In this document: positions 31,211-39,823 of the stretch, in pieces
Layout of the letters: every line of letters starts with the position of its first letter
Position numbering within the stretch: position 1 is the stretch's first letter
NCBI GenBank assembly: GCA_963835065.1
Contig: CAWIEK010000051.1
Location: 63,799 to 127,798, forward strand
Direction of reading: 5' to 3'
Length of the DNA stretch: 64,000 nucleotides
DNA from: an uncultured Chthonomonadaceae bacterium
GTDB taxonomy: Bacteria; Armatimonadota; Chthonomonadetes; Chthonomonadales; Chthonomonadaceae
Position numbers and translations under genes: made by a program
Notes under the pieces: generated by a model
Told to the model about the DNA's origin: nothing
The model's database searches: none
What the model saw: the letters and a program-made list of their open reading frames with translations, nothing else

Positions 31211-31331
31211 CCCTCACCCCAACCCCTCTCCCAAAAGCGTGGGAGAGGGGCTAATCTTAAATTTACCCAACCCCTCTCCCACAAAACGTATTTCCAAAGC
31301 GAAGCAGAAATACGAAACGCGGGGAGGGGCT
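31211..31331. repeat. CCCTCTCCC/GGGAGAGGG palindromic repeat element (two units)
   Basis: ccctcaccccaacccctctcccaaaagcgtgggagagggg ... cccaacccctctccc ... ggggaggggc; related copies near 4896-4932 and 47682-47731. Confidence 0.75.
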
Positions 31332-31337
31332 AAATAG

Positions 31338-32108
31338 TTAAATCTCCCGGTGTCCTTCGGCGTCTTCCATTGCGCCTACGCTAATTTTGATGTCGGCGCG
31401 CTCTTCGATTTTGGCGATTTTGCCGTCCCGAATCCAGACGACGCGATCTGAAACCTCAACCATTTTGTAATCGTGCGTGGCCGAGATGATGGTGACGCCC
31501 TCGTTGCGGTTTAGTTCACGCAGCAGGGCGATGATCTCTTCACCGGTCTTCAAGTCAAGGTTGCCGGTTGGTTCGTCCGCCAGAACGATGGCCGGACGGT
31601 TGGCAAGCGCGCGGGCAATGGCAACGCGCTGCTGCTGTCCACCGGAAAGCTGTGTCGGACGATGATGTAGACGGTGTCCCAACCCCACTTTGTTCAGAAT
31701 TTCGATTCCGCGCTCAATTCCTTCGTCCGTAGACATACCCGCAAAGATCGTCGGCAGCGTGACGTTCTCCAAAGCGGTCATCGCGGGCAGCAGATTGAAT
31801 GTCTGGAAGATGTAGCCGATTTTATGGCAGCGCAGGTACGCCAGTTCGCTCGCGCTGAGTTGTGCCATATCCACATCGTCAATAAACACTGACCCCTCAT
31901 CCGGCCTGTCCAGCCCCCCGATAGCGTTGAACAGCGTGGACTTGCCCGACCCCGACGGCCCCATGATGGACAGATACTCGCCCTTGCGAATATCCAAATC
32001 CACGCCGTTAAGCGCGCGCAGCACCTCGTCGCCCATCTTAAATATCTTGACCAGCCCCTTGGTTCGCACCACGTATTCTACGCGCACCGCGCGTTCCATT
32101 GTTACCAT
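31338..32108 (-). CDS. ABC transporter ATP-binding protein (LolD/MacB-like)
   Basis: [46 protein letters not shown]. Confidence 0.97.
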   Translation of the reverse strand: MVTMERAVRVEYVVRTKGLVKIFKMGDEVLRALNGVDLDIRKGEYLSIMGPSGSGKSTLFNAIGGLDRPDEGSVFIDDVDMAQLSASELAYLRCHKIGYIFQTFNLLPAMTALENVTLPTIFAGMSTDEGIERGIEILNKVGLGHRLHHRPTQLSGGQQQRVAIARALANRPAIVLADEPTGNLDLKTGEEIIALLRELNRNEGVTIISATHDYKMVEVSDRVVWIRDGKIAKIEERADIKISVGAMEDAEGHREI

Positions 32109-32124
32109 AGAAAATCCTTTCGGA

Positions 32125-32250
32125 TAGTAGTCAGTAGTCAGTAGTCAGTAGTCAGTAGAGAAACCCATTCCTGTAAGCTGTATCTATGTTGCACAACTCT
32201 GTGTAAGCGGGCATTTCTACTGACTACTGACTACTGACTACTGACTACTT
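32125..32250. repeat. Inverted pair of 7-mer tandem repeats (AGTAGTC / GACTACT)
   Basis: tagtagtcagtagtcagtagtcagtagtcagtag ... ctactgactactgactactgactactgactact. Confidence 0.92.
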
Positions 32251-32252
32251 CC

Positions 32253-32900
32253 CTATATCGTACTGCGCAGCGCGGCAGCGGGCGGCATTTTGGCGGCTTG
32301 GATAGCGGGGGGGATGGCCGCAACGAGGGTGATGCCCAGGCCGATGCCCATGGATTGCAGCATTTGAATCAGCGTGCCGTACCAGAACCCGCCGTCCAAT
32401 GTGCCCATTCCGCTGGAAAACACATGCACTAAGGTGATGATAAACCAGCCCAAAAACCACCCGGCGGCGGACGCGATCACGCCCATCAAGCCCGCTTCGA
32501 TGAAAAAGAGGGTGACAATAAAGCGGTCCAGCGCGCCCAGGCACTTCATCGTGCCGATTTCCTTGTAGCGTTCCGTGACCGACATCAGCATGGAGTTCAT
32601 AATGCCGACAAAACACACCAACAGCGCCATGATCGCCAGCCAGGACTGACGGTGCCCGGCAGCGACGACTTCGGCCAGCGCGTCCGCGTCGTTACTGGTG
32701 GGAACCAGCGCGAACAGCATCCCGGTACGCACGGAACTGAAGAACGCGATGCCGAGCAGGATGCCGCCGGCGGTAATCAGCGAACGCGCAAAGCGTATTT
32801 TGATGCTTTTCATGCTGATCTGCCACGCGCGGCTGAACGGCAGCGTGATTTGCTGCTGTGGCGCGTTCGTCGGCATTTTGTGTAGGGTTTCCACGCTCAT
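32253..32900 (-). CDS. Small FtsX-like ABC permease lacking a periplasmic domain
   Basis: RSLITAGGILLGI, GIMNSMLMSVTERYKEIGTMKCLGA, PAIQAAKMPPAAALR. Confidence 0.92.
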   Translation of the reverse strand: MSVETLHKMPTNAPQQQITLPFSRAWQISMKSIKIRFARSLITAGGILLGIAFFSSVRTGMLFALVPTSNDADALAEVVAAGHRQSWLAIMALLVCFVGIMNSMLMSVTERYKEIGTMKCLGALDRFIVTLFFIEAGLMGVIASAAGWFLGWFIITLVHVFSSGMGTLDGGFWYGTLIQMLQSMGIGLGITLVAAIPPAIQAAKMPPAAALRSTI

Positions 32901-32924
32901 GGTTGTTCTCCGATTATTTCTTAT

Positions 32925-33380
32925 TTATTTCTTATTGCTGTCTTTGTCCGCTTTTTCTTTTTTGTAGAAGCCAATGAACTTGCGCTCATGCAGCATTTGC
33001 AGGAACATGGTCACGGAAACTTCCGCTTCCCGGCGGTTCATTTTATACTGCTTGCTTGTCTTTTGCACAACGGCTTCAATGGTATGGCTGCCGTCGCATA
33101 ATTCCCACACGTAGCCGCCAACCTCGTCCAGTTCCACTTTGCGCTCGGTGGGCGCGCGCAGCCAGCGCGCCATAATGCGGGTAATGCGGCTCACCTGATC
33201 GTTTTGCGGCACAATCAGGATGGTTTCGCCGCTTTCGCGCTTTTCAAAGGTCAGGCTCGGATGCCGCAGGGGGCGCAGGCGCAACGTGGCCTGCCGGTCC
33301 ACTTCCGGCGGGCGCAGCTTCAGGAACGGCAGGTACTTGCCCAATCCCGAATACAGTTTATTTTTCAGCGGCGCGATCAT
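32925..33380 (-). CDS. PqqD-family (RiPP recognition element-like) protein
   Basis: KVELDEVGGYVWELCDGSHTIEAVV...EAEVSVTMFLQMLHERKFI matches the PqqD pattern. Confidence 0.8.
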   Translation of the reverse strand: MIAPLKNKLYSGLGKYLPFLKLRPPEVDRQATLRLRPLRHPSLTFEKRESGETILIVPQNDQVSRITRIMARWLRAPTERKVELDEVGGYVWELCDGSHTIEAVVQKTSKQYKMNRREAEVSVTMFLQMLHERKFIGFYKKEKADKDSNKK

Positions 33381-33381
33381 A

Positions 33382-34533
33382 TTACGAGGCTCCCTGCTCG
33401 TCTTGCGGCTCTGCCGGATCGGACTCTATCTTGTCGGGACGATGGCATACGCAGCGGCTGACAACATCTTCCCACAAACCGACGGTCTGCTTTTGATGCA
33501 GCACCTGAACCGCGTAGATTTTGTTGGAGTCTTCGCAGTTCCAGATGCCGCTTTCAAAGCGGGTCGGGAAACGCCGCAGGGACACTTTCGAGTCCCGCAA
33601 AGCGCGTACTTTGCTCCATAAGGGCAGTGCGCCCAGGTAGCGCAGGCTTGGGTGTCCATGCACGGTATGCGCGTCGTCCAATGTCAAAGATTTGAGGGGA
33701 ACGAGCGCGTTGTTGCGCAGCCAATCGCCGAGCGAGAACTTTTTGAGCAGCATGTTCGCCAATCCCCAGCGATCCAGCACAATGCGCTCGCCGCCCCGCG
33801 CCCATTCCAGATGCAGATGCCCGGACAGCAGTTTCTGCTCTTCCAGCCGAAAATCGCTCGGCACATCCATTTGCAGATCGTACAGCGCCCAACGGTCATA
33901 ACCGTCAATGGCATGATCCTGCAAGGTGGAAAACAGCCGCGCCGCGATGTTGCTGATTGCGCTCTGGTCTTTCGCCATGCCGACAACCTGCGCGACAACC
34001 ACGCGGTCACACGTTTTGCAGTGCCAGATTTTGCCCTGCGCCCTGCCCTCGCCCGTCCAGGAAAAATGGATTGCGGTACGCTCGTCCTCCTTGCCTTCCG
34101 TTCTTTCCGGCTTGATGTTGCTTTCAAATGTCGCTTTGGCTTTTTTGGCCTGCTTTTCCGTGTCTTTGAGAATGCGTTCCAGATTGCCGCGCAGGTCGAG
34201 TTTCGCGCTCGTCGCGGCAGGCGCGGGACGCTTCAGCCAGTGCCGAACGAACGGCGCAACCAGCGAGTACGCGGTTATCGTGCTGTCCTGCTGCGGCTTG
34301 GCGGCATTAAGCCAGCGCACCTGTACCGTCAGCGTGGACTCTCCGGGCGCATCCACGCGCAAATACCCGTTCTCCCGATCCATCGAAAACCCGGTCAGGT
34401 TCCAGTCCGGCGGCAGCGTGAAACGAATCCCCTGCCAGCCTATCACAGTTGGCTGCGCGGATTCTTCCGGCTCTGTATTTTTTCGGCGCGGCTTCTCGGT
34501 TCTATTCGGTTTCGTTTCCAGTTCAGCAGGCAT
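33382..34533 (-). CDS. Hypothetical protein, apparent internal duplication
   Basis: IGWQGIRFTLPPDWNL and WALYDLQMDVPSDFRL open two similar halves; abuts the pqqD-like gene. Confidence 0.8.
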   Translation of the reverse strand: MPAELETKPNRTEKPRRKNTEPEESAQPTVIGWQGIRFTLPPDWNLTGFSMDRENGYLRVDAPGESTLTVQVRWLNAAKPQQDSTITAYSLVAPFVRHWLKRPAPAATSAKLDLRGNLERILKDTEKQAKKAKATFESNIKPERTEGKEDERTAIHFSWTGEGRAQGKIWHCKTCDRVVVAQVVGMAKDQSAISNIAARLFSTLQDHAIDGYDRWALYDLQMDVPSDFRLEEQKLLSGHLHLEWARGGERIVLDRWGLANMLLKKFSLGDWLRNNALVPLKSLTLDDAHTVHGHPSLRYLGALPLWSKVRALRDSKVSLRRFPTRFESGIWNCEDSNKIYAVQVLHQKQTVGLWEDVVSRCVCHRPDKIESDPAEPQDEQGAS

Positions 34534-34562
34534 GTTTACTGTTGCTATGTGAAGCTCTACTA

Positions 34563-35399
34563 TTATTTAGGAGCGACGGCTTCTACGTGGCCGTCGAGAT
34601 ACAAAATGTTGTTGCGCCCACCGTGCCGTCCCGGTTTGGGCAGGCTGGTAACGGCATCCTGCGCGTTTTTGCTCAGGTTGGTTGAATCGTACAGTAGCGG
34701 CGTTTTGGCGGCGTTAGGCAAGGTGTTGAGCGGCTTGCCGTTCAGGTTCAGTTTCTTGCCGCCGAGCGCGGCATTGTACGCATAGCCGAACTTGTCGTCA
34801 TGCCCGTTCGACACAACCGGGCAATGCAGCCACGCATCCTGCGGAACCCGCGACGTGAAATCCGTGTTTTCTTCCCACTTGTCGGCGGGCGGCAGCGCGT
34901 CGTTGAGTTCCGCGTACTGCGTAAAAGCGTTGTACAACCCTTTCAGGTTTTCCGGGCACGTCTTGTTGGTTTCCGGCTTGTAATCATCTTTGGGCTTGAG
35001 TAAACCTGCCTGCTGTAGAACGTCCAATACTGGATTGACATTCGCCACCTGCGCCGCAACCATTGCCAGAATATAGACCATACTGCCGATTACCAGTTTG
35101 CGGAGTGTGTCGGTACGCTTCTGCTGTCGCATCAAACCTGCCAAAAAGCCACCCAAAAGCGCTACCCACAGTTCAAATGTCAGCAATATCGCCTGCCGAA
35201 TGAGGAGCGGACCGCTAATTGGGGAAGCATGAACGGCAGCAAGCAAGCCAATCAACATCACAGGGCCAAACACGCCAATGCCGACACACCCCGCAATAAT
35301 GTTGCGCGTCCACCTTCCAATGGCAACTCCGAAGACGAACATCAGCAGTCCAAGCACAACTAAAACTACAACAGCAATGCGAATGTATGCAGCAGCCAT
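34563..35399 (-). CDS. Membrane protein with C-terminal H-X9-DG domain
   Basis: Four TM segments, then TCPENLKGL..LHCP..RHGGRNNILYLDGHV. Confidence 0.8.
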   Translation of the reverse strand: MAAAYIRIAVVVLVVLGLLMFVFGVAIGRWTRNIIAGCVGIGVFGPVMLIGLLAAVHASPISGPLLIRQAILLTFELWVALLGGFLAGLMRQQKRTDTLRKLVIGSMVYILAMVAAQVANVNPVLDVLQQAGLLKPKDDYKPETNKTCPENLKGLYNAFTQYAELNDALPPADKWEENTDFTSRVPQDAWLHCPVVSNGHDDKFGYAYNAALGGKKLNLNGKPLNTLPNAAKTPLLYDSTNLSKNAQDAVTSLPKPGRHGGRNNILYLDGHVEAVAPK

Positions 35400-35521
35400 A
35401 TTTCGTACACAATTCCGTGCGCAGCGTGTTCAGGTATAGGATGCGACGGGATGAATTCCTTCCTCACCTGTAACGTCCAACAGCAACGCTGTCCTAACAC
35501 GCATATCGTTCAAAAACGTTT

Positions 35522-35612
35522 GTAGGGGCGTGATTTATCACGCCCACAATCTACCGGTTCCAAGCGAGGGCGCAATAAATTACCCAGAGGGCGCAATAAA
35601 TTGCGCCCCTAC
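35522..35612. repeat. GTAG-type REP/REPIN element
   Basis: GTAGGGGCGTGATTTATCACGCCC ... GGGCGCAATAAATTGCGCCCCTAC with a partial internal duplication. Confidence 0.85.
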
Positions 35613-35640
35613 GAATTCCCATTGGAACGGTATTGCGCCG

Positions 35641-35678
35641 AACACCCAACCACCAACCACCAGCCACCAATCACCAAC
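35641..35678 (-). repeat. 7-mer tandem repeat (TGGTGGT-like), single arm
   Basis: aacacccaaccaccaaccaccagccaccaatcaccaac next to the OPT-gene stop. Confidence 0.7.
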
Positions 35679-35679
35679 G

Positions 35680-37731
35680 TCAGAACGGCAAGTAGTTGAC
35701 CGATTTAGCGATCAAGGCGAGGGCGATAGCCGCCATTGCGATCAGGCCCGTGCCGCAGGCGAAACCGGCGAGCAGAACCGGCGTGTACATGCGCCAGTTG
35801 TCCAGGCCGAAACGCTTGGAGAAATACTTGCGTCCGAGCCACGCGCCGATAAACGTTGGGATCACGTCATGCGGCAATGCGCCCGTGCCGCCGACGAAGC
35901 CGTAGAAGAACAGGACGGGCAGCTTGAAGAACCCGAACACGGCGTACAGACCCAACCCGGCAATCACGCCGCCCGCCACGCGGTTGAAGTTGATCGCCTC
36001 CTTGACCCACGTAATGCCGCCCTGCTGCTTGTTGACCGTATTCCACAGCGCCTGGAACGTGGCGTGAATCGGCCAGAACTTGGCGGCATACGGGTGCTGC
36101 GACGAGGGTATCTGGCTGGAATGCCAGAAGAACGCCCAGAACACGAAACTTGCCGACGTAATCACGAACAGCATCAGAATTTCGGCTTTGATGATACTGC
36201 CGAACTTGGTTCCGGTCAGTTCAAACTCGCGGAAACGCTGCGCGAACGCGCCATAATCGTTGAGCGGGATCGGCACGTACCAGATGTCCACGTACTGGTA
36301 GCCCGACTTCATAATCGAGACTTCCTTTAAGTACGGGAACGACACGCCCGAACCTGTCAGGCCGATCATACGGGCAGACACGTAACTGTTGACGGGCGAC
36401 CAGATCAGGCCGTAAAACACCAGTATCCACAGCGGGAAATTGTGGTTTTCGTTGGGATGCTCATTGCCCTGAATGTTGAGCATCACCTTGCACAACGCAA
36501 TGTAAATCACCGAAATGGACAGCCAGATAGCAACCGGGATACCTAAGTGAAGATCGCCTCTGCCTTTCGGCACTTTCAGCATCAGGCCGCGATCCCGCGC
36601 TTCGCGCCGCAGATTGCCGATAGACTGGAACACGCTGTAAAAGCCAATCAGGGCAATCGCCACTTGCAGGCCGATGCCAACGGACAGCCAGAACTTGATA
36701 TTCGTTGCCTGCTGCGTATACAAAGCGTCCATGCCCGGCGTCCAGCCGTTTGATTCGGACGTGCCGAACGCGCCCGCTTTCTGCAAAAACGGAGCCAGCC
36801 CGATTTTACAGATCAGTGAGGCAATCAAAGACCCCTGCACGATATGGTACGGGATGATAAAGCCCGTCAGCACTTTGGTCAGGTCGCCGGAAATGCCGAC
36901 AACCGCGCCTGGCAGTATGCTTTCCGTGTTCGTCGTCAAATCAAAGAACGGAATCGGGATCAGCGTAAAGGCTTTGTTGAACACGACGCCCGTAAAAACC
37001 GGAATGGCGATGTAGAAAAAGCCGAAGATCAGGCCGATCACGCTGCCGATGGAGAACACGCGCCAGCGCCACGATTCCTCTTTGCTGGCCGCTTCCGCAA
37101 GGGCTGTCGCGCCCGAAGCGGCAACCGGAGCCATTGGAAACGGCAGGCGTTCTATGTCGGACGTTATACGGAACAAAAAGTAACCGGAACTCATCCAGTT
37201 CAGGCGTCCCATCACTTCGCCGAACAGGAGCAGCATGATGGGCCAGAACCAGTCGGGATGCAGGAACGTGCGCTGCTGGAGCGCAACGGACGAGGCAGGC
37301 GGCACGACCCAGCGCGGTATGTCTTTGGCGACAAGCCCCGCTTGCGGCGACGAGACAAAGTATTGGTTCCAGATCAGGGAACCGAACGGCCCGCCCGAAA
37401 TGCCTTTGGTCGCTTCCAGCCCGGTCAGCCCCGCCGCGATGTAGTAGAGCAGGTACACTTCCTGCCGTTTCAGGGGCAGGAAGGACCGCCGCATGATTTC
37501 GGCGAACAGGACAATCGTGACCCATTCCGCCGCCGGCCCCAAGCCCTGCCCCGCCACCAGTCCCAGGTACAGCGCGCCCGGCAGCATGATAAAGGCGACA
37601 AAGACGGCTCCAATCACGGTTTTGCCGCTGAAGCCCTCTTCAAACTGCATCGTCTGCCCGGTATCGCCTTCCTCGCGGGTTTCGGCTTCTACCTGCTGGC
37701 GTATTTGCGCAATCTCACTTGCTTCCGCCAC
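35680..37731 (-). CDS. OPT/YSL-like oligopeptide transporter-type membrane protein
   Basis: Many TM segments; YLGLVAG, IERLPFPMAPVAA..A, PVLLAGFACG; SD gaggag. Confidence 0.75.
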   Translation of the reverse strand: MAEASEIAQIRQQVEAETREEGDTGQTMQFEEGFSGKTVIGAVFVAFIMLPGALYLGLVAGQGLGPAAEWVTIVLFAEIMRRSFLPLKRQEVYLLYYIAAGLTGLEATKGISGGPFGSLIWNQYFVSSPQAGLVAKDIPRWVVPPASSVALQQRTFLHPDWFWPIMLLLFGEVMGRLNWMSSGYFLFRITSDIERLPFPMAPVAASGATALAEAASKEESWRWRVFSIGSVIGLIFGFFYIAIPVFTGVVFNKAFTLIPIPFFDLTTNTESILPGAVVGISGDLTKVLTGFIIPYHIVQGSLIASLICKIGLAPFLQKAGAFGTSESNGWTPGMDALYTQQATNIKFWLSVGIGLQVAIALIGFYSVFQSIGNLRREARDRGLMLKVPKGRGDLHLGIPVAIWLSISVIYIALCKVMLNIQGNEHPNENHNFPLWILVFYGLIWSPVNSYVSARMIGLTGSGVSFPYLKEVSIMKSGYQYVDIWYVPIPLNDYGAFAQRFREFELTGTKFGSIIKAEILMLFVITSASFVFWAFFWHSSQIPSSQHPYAAKFWPIHATFQALWNTVNKQQGGITWVKEAINFNRVAGGVIAGLGLYAVFGFFKLPVLFFYGFVGGTGALPHDVIPTFIGAWLGRKYFSKRFGLDNWRMYTPVLLAGFACGTGLIAMAAIALALIAKSVNYLPF

Positions 37732-37744
37732 ACACGTCTCCCTC

Positions 37745-37866
37745 TAGGCATTAGGCATTAGGCATTAGGCATTAGGACAATCCCCTTGTGCCGAGCCAAA
37801 CTGTGTATTTATATTCGAGGCATTTCAGGAGCGCCCTAATGCCTAATGCCTAATGCCTAATGCCTA
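37745..37866. repeat. Inverted pair of 7-mer tandem repeats (TAGGCAT / ATGCCTA)
   Basis: taggcattaggcattaggcattaggcattagg ... cctaatgcctaatgcctaatgcctaatgccta; contains the stop of the redoxin gene. Confidence 0.92.
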
Positions 37867-39012
37867 CTTTATTCCGGCCTTTGCCAGCGCCTGCCGGATG
37901 CCGTTTTCGTCGAAACCTTCAAACGTCGCTAAAATCTTGCCATTGGGGTCAAGCACGTAGTTGGTGGGAATGGCCTGAATCCCGTACTTGCCCGACACGG
38001 TTCCTTTGTCTATCAGGGAGCGCAGTTTAATCTGCTTTTCCCCGAACATCTTTGTGATCGCTTGCGGCGTGTCGCCTGCCGTGTTGACGGCAACGACATT
38101 GAAGCCCTGCGATTGAAATTCCGCCGCCATTTTGCTCAGGTGCGGCAGTTCCTCGCGGCACGGCCCGCAAAATAAGGCCCAAAAGTTGACCAGCGTGATC
38201 TTGTTCTTTTTCAATTCCTGCGAAAGCGTCAGGCTTCCGCCCGTTGCCAGGGGAAGGGTGAAATCCGGCGCGGTTTTGCCGACGGGAATCAGCGATACGG
38301 CCTGCTGTCCCTGCGCCGCCGCTTGTTCCTGCGCGGCTTCGCTGGCCGCTACCTGCGCAACGGTCTTCGCGCCCTTGGGCACTTTCCAGTTAAACGCGGT
38401 GGGGGCGATGGGCGTCCCGACTTTTACCTCCGTCAGATGCGTTTCGTCCCGGAAATCCGCGCCCTCGATCAACATGCCCCGTATGATACCGTCACTGCCG
38501 ACGTACAATTTCAGTTTTTGCGGCAGGCCGGTCAGTTCCAATGCTTTGCAGGTTGTGGTTCCCACCGACACGGCTCCGGCGATACGCGCCCCGGACGCTG
38601 CGGAGCGCAGGCGGTTCAGATAGTCGGGATAAAAGAAAATTTTCGTCTCGTTGATGTTGTTGCGAGCGACATTGCCACCCGTCGGGTCGGACGCTTCCTG
38701 CGCATACGCATTTTCCGCATACGTATAAGTCACGAACTTGCTGCCATCCGAATGAATCACGACATTGCTGCCCTGCCCCTTGCGGCTGTTGACCACAATA
38801 TGCGCCCGATTGGGCTTTTGCAGCAGCAGCGTCCCCGTTTGCGTGTGCGCCTGCCCGCTTTCCTTGTGCTGGTGCGTAAACCTGGCTTCCAGAGTTGTGG
38901 CGCGTGTTTCCGCCTCAAAGCATTTTTGCAGCAGCGCATCGCCCGCTTTGTCAGCGTGGGCGGCTACCGCGCCTGCAAACATTAACGGTATGCTCAACAA
39001 TAATAACTTCAT
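37864..39012 (-). CDS. Secreted LolA-like domain + TlpA/redoxin protein
   Basis: Signal peptide; GTLLLQKPN..SDG..FNWKVPKGA (LolA-like); APDFTL, VNFWALFCGPCREELP, YGIQAIPTNYVLD. Confidence 0.88.
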   Translation of the reverse strand: MKLLLLSIPLMFAGAVAAHADKAGDALLQKCFEAETRATTLEARFTHQHKESGQAHTQTGTLLLQKPNRAHIVVNSRKGQGSNVVIHSDGSKFVTYTYAENAYAQEASDPTGGNVARNNINETKIFFYPDYLNRLRSAASGARIAGAVSVGTTTCKALELTGLPQKLKLYVGSDGIIRGMLIEGADFRDETHLTEVKVGTPIAPTAFNWKVPKGAKTVAQVAASEAAQEQAAAQGQQAVSLIPVGKTAPDFTLPLATGGSLTLSQELKKNKITLVNFWALFCGPCREELPHLSKMAAEFQSQGFNVVAVNTAGDTPQAITKMFGEKQIKLRSLIDKGTVSGKYGIQAIPTNYVLDPNGKILATFEGFDENGIRQALAKAGIK

Positions 39013-39072
39013 GAATTGTTTTCTACATGTGGCGCGAAGAAGTCACAAAAGCCCAAGTATAATGCGCGGGCG

Positions 39073-39205
39073 GCGACGGGCTGAACCCCTTCGCTGTATG
39101 GCGTTCCGCCCACTGTCCTTCGGACAGAGATTCTCTTTGTGCTAAATGGCGTGTCCGAAGGACACTTGGCCGCAGGCCATACAGCGAAGGGGTTCAGCCC
39201 GTCGC
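39073..39205. repeat. Two inverted ~55-bp repeat units downstream of the Y1 transposase
   Basis: Units 39073-39126 and 39151-39205, each with a TGTCC-GAA-GGACA hairpin and ccatacagcgaaggggttcagcccgtcgc. Confidence 0.9.
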
Positions 39206-39221
39206 AACAATGCGCTTTACG

Positions 39222-39674
39222 CTACTCCGCCGTCTGATCTTCATCATCCACTTCTTCAAACGATTCTTCCAGTGCGGGCCACAACTTACCTTCGGCATGA
39301 CGCTGTTTCTGGTTTTCGATGTACTCAACCACTATAGGAATATCAGATTTGCGCGTACTAAACGCACCGTAATTCTTATTCCAGCCAAAAAACTGGTCCG
39401 GCTTAAGGGTTTGGTTAATCAGCCGTGACGAGCCGCCTTTGACATTGCGCATCAATACGGAATAGTCTACTGTGCTTGGCAGAGTTACATAAAGATGCAC
39501 ATGGTCTGGCAGCCCTCCCAAAGCCAACATTTCGCAGCCGCACTTTTGACACACCACAGTGATATAGCGGTACACATCGCGCTCAATATCCGGCGTGACC
39601 AGCGGCAAACGATCCTCGGTTGTCCATACAAACTGAATATACACTCGCAACTTGTTGCGCCGATGCTTCGCCAT
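39222..39674 (-). mobile_element. tnpA: IS200/IS605-family Y1 (HUH) transposase, no tnpB
   Basis: FVWTTEDR, PDHVHL, VKGGSS, W..NYGAFS, YIENQKQRH. Confidence 0.92.
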
Positions 39675-39742
39675 CTCGTCCTGTACGCGCCTCCAATGTA
39701 ATCCAATCCTCTGGCAAATAACTTCTTCGACAACTAAAGGAC

Positions 39743-39797
39743 GTGTCCGAAGGACACTGGGCGGAACGCCATACAGCGAAGGGGTTCAGCCCGTCGC
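39743..39797 (+). repeat. Third ~55-bp repeat unit upstream of tnpA
   Basis: gtgtccgaaggacactgggcggaacgccatacagcgaaggggttcagcccgtcgc. Confidence 0.9.
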
Positions 39798-39823
39798 AAA
39801 CGGTTGATGTATGCGCTGCTTAC

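Noticed and set aside
39073..39797. CRISPR array (also considered for 57640-57875)
   Set aside because: Only three units each. The first set is in mixed orientation around a transposase and the second set consists of promoters. No cas genes.
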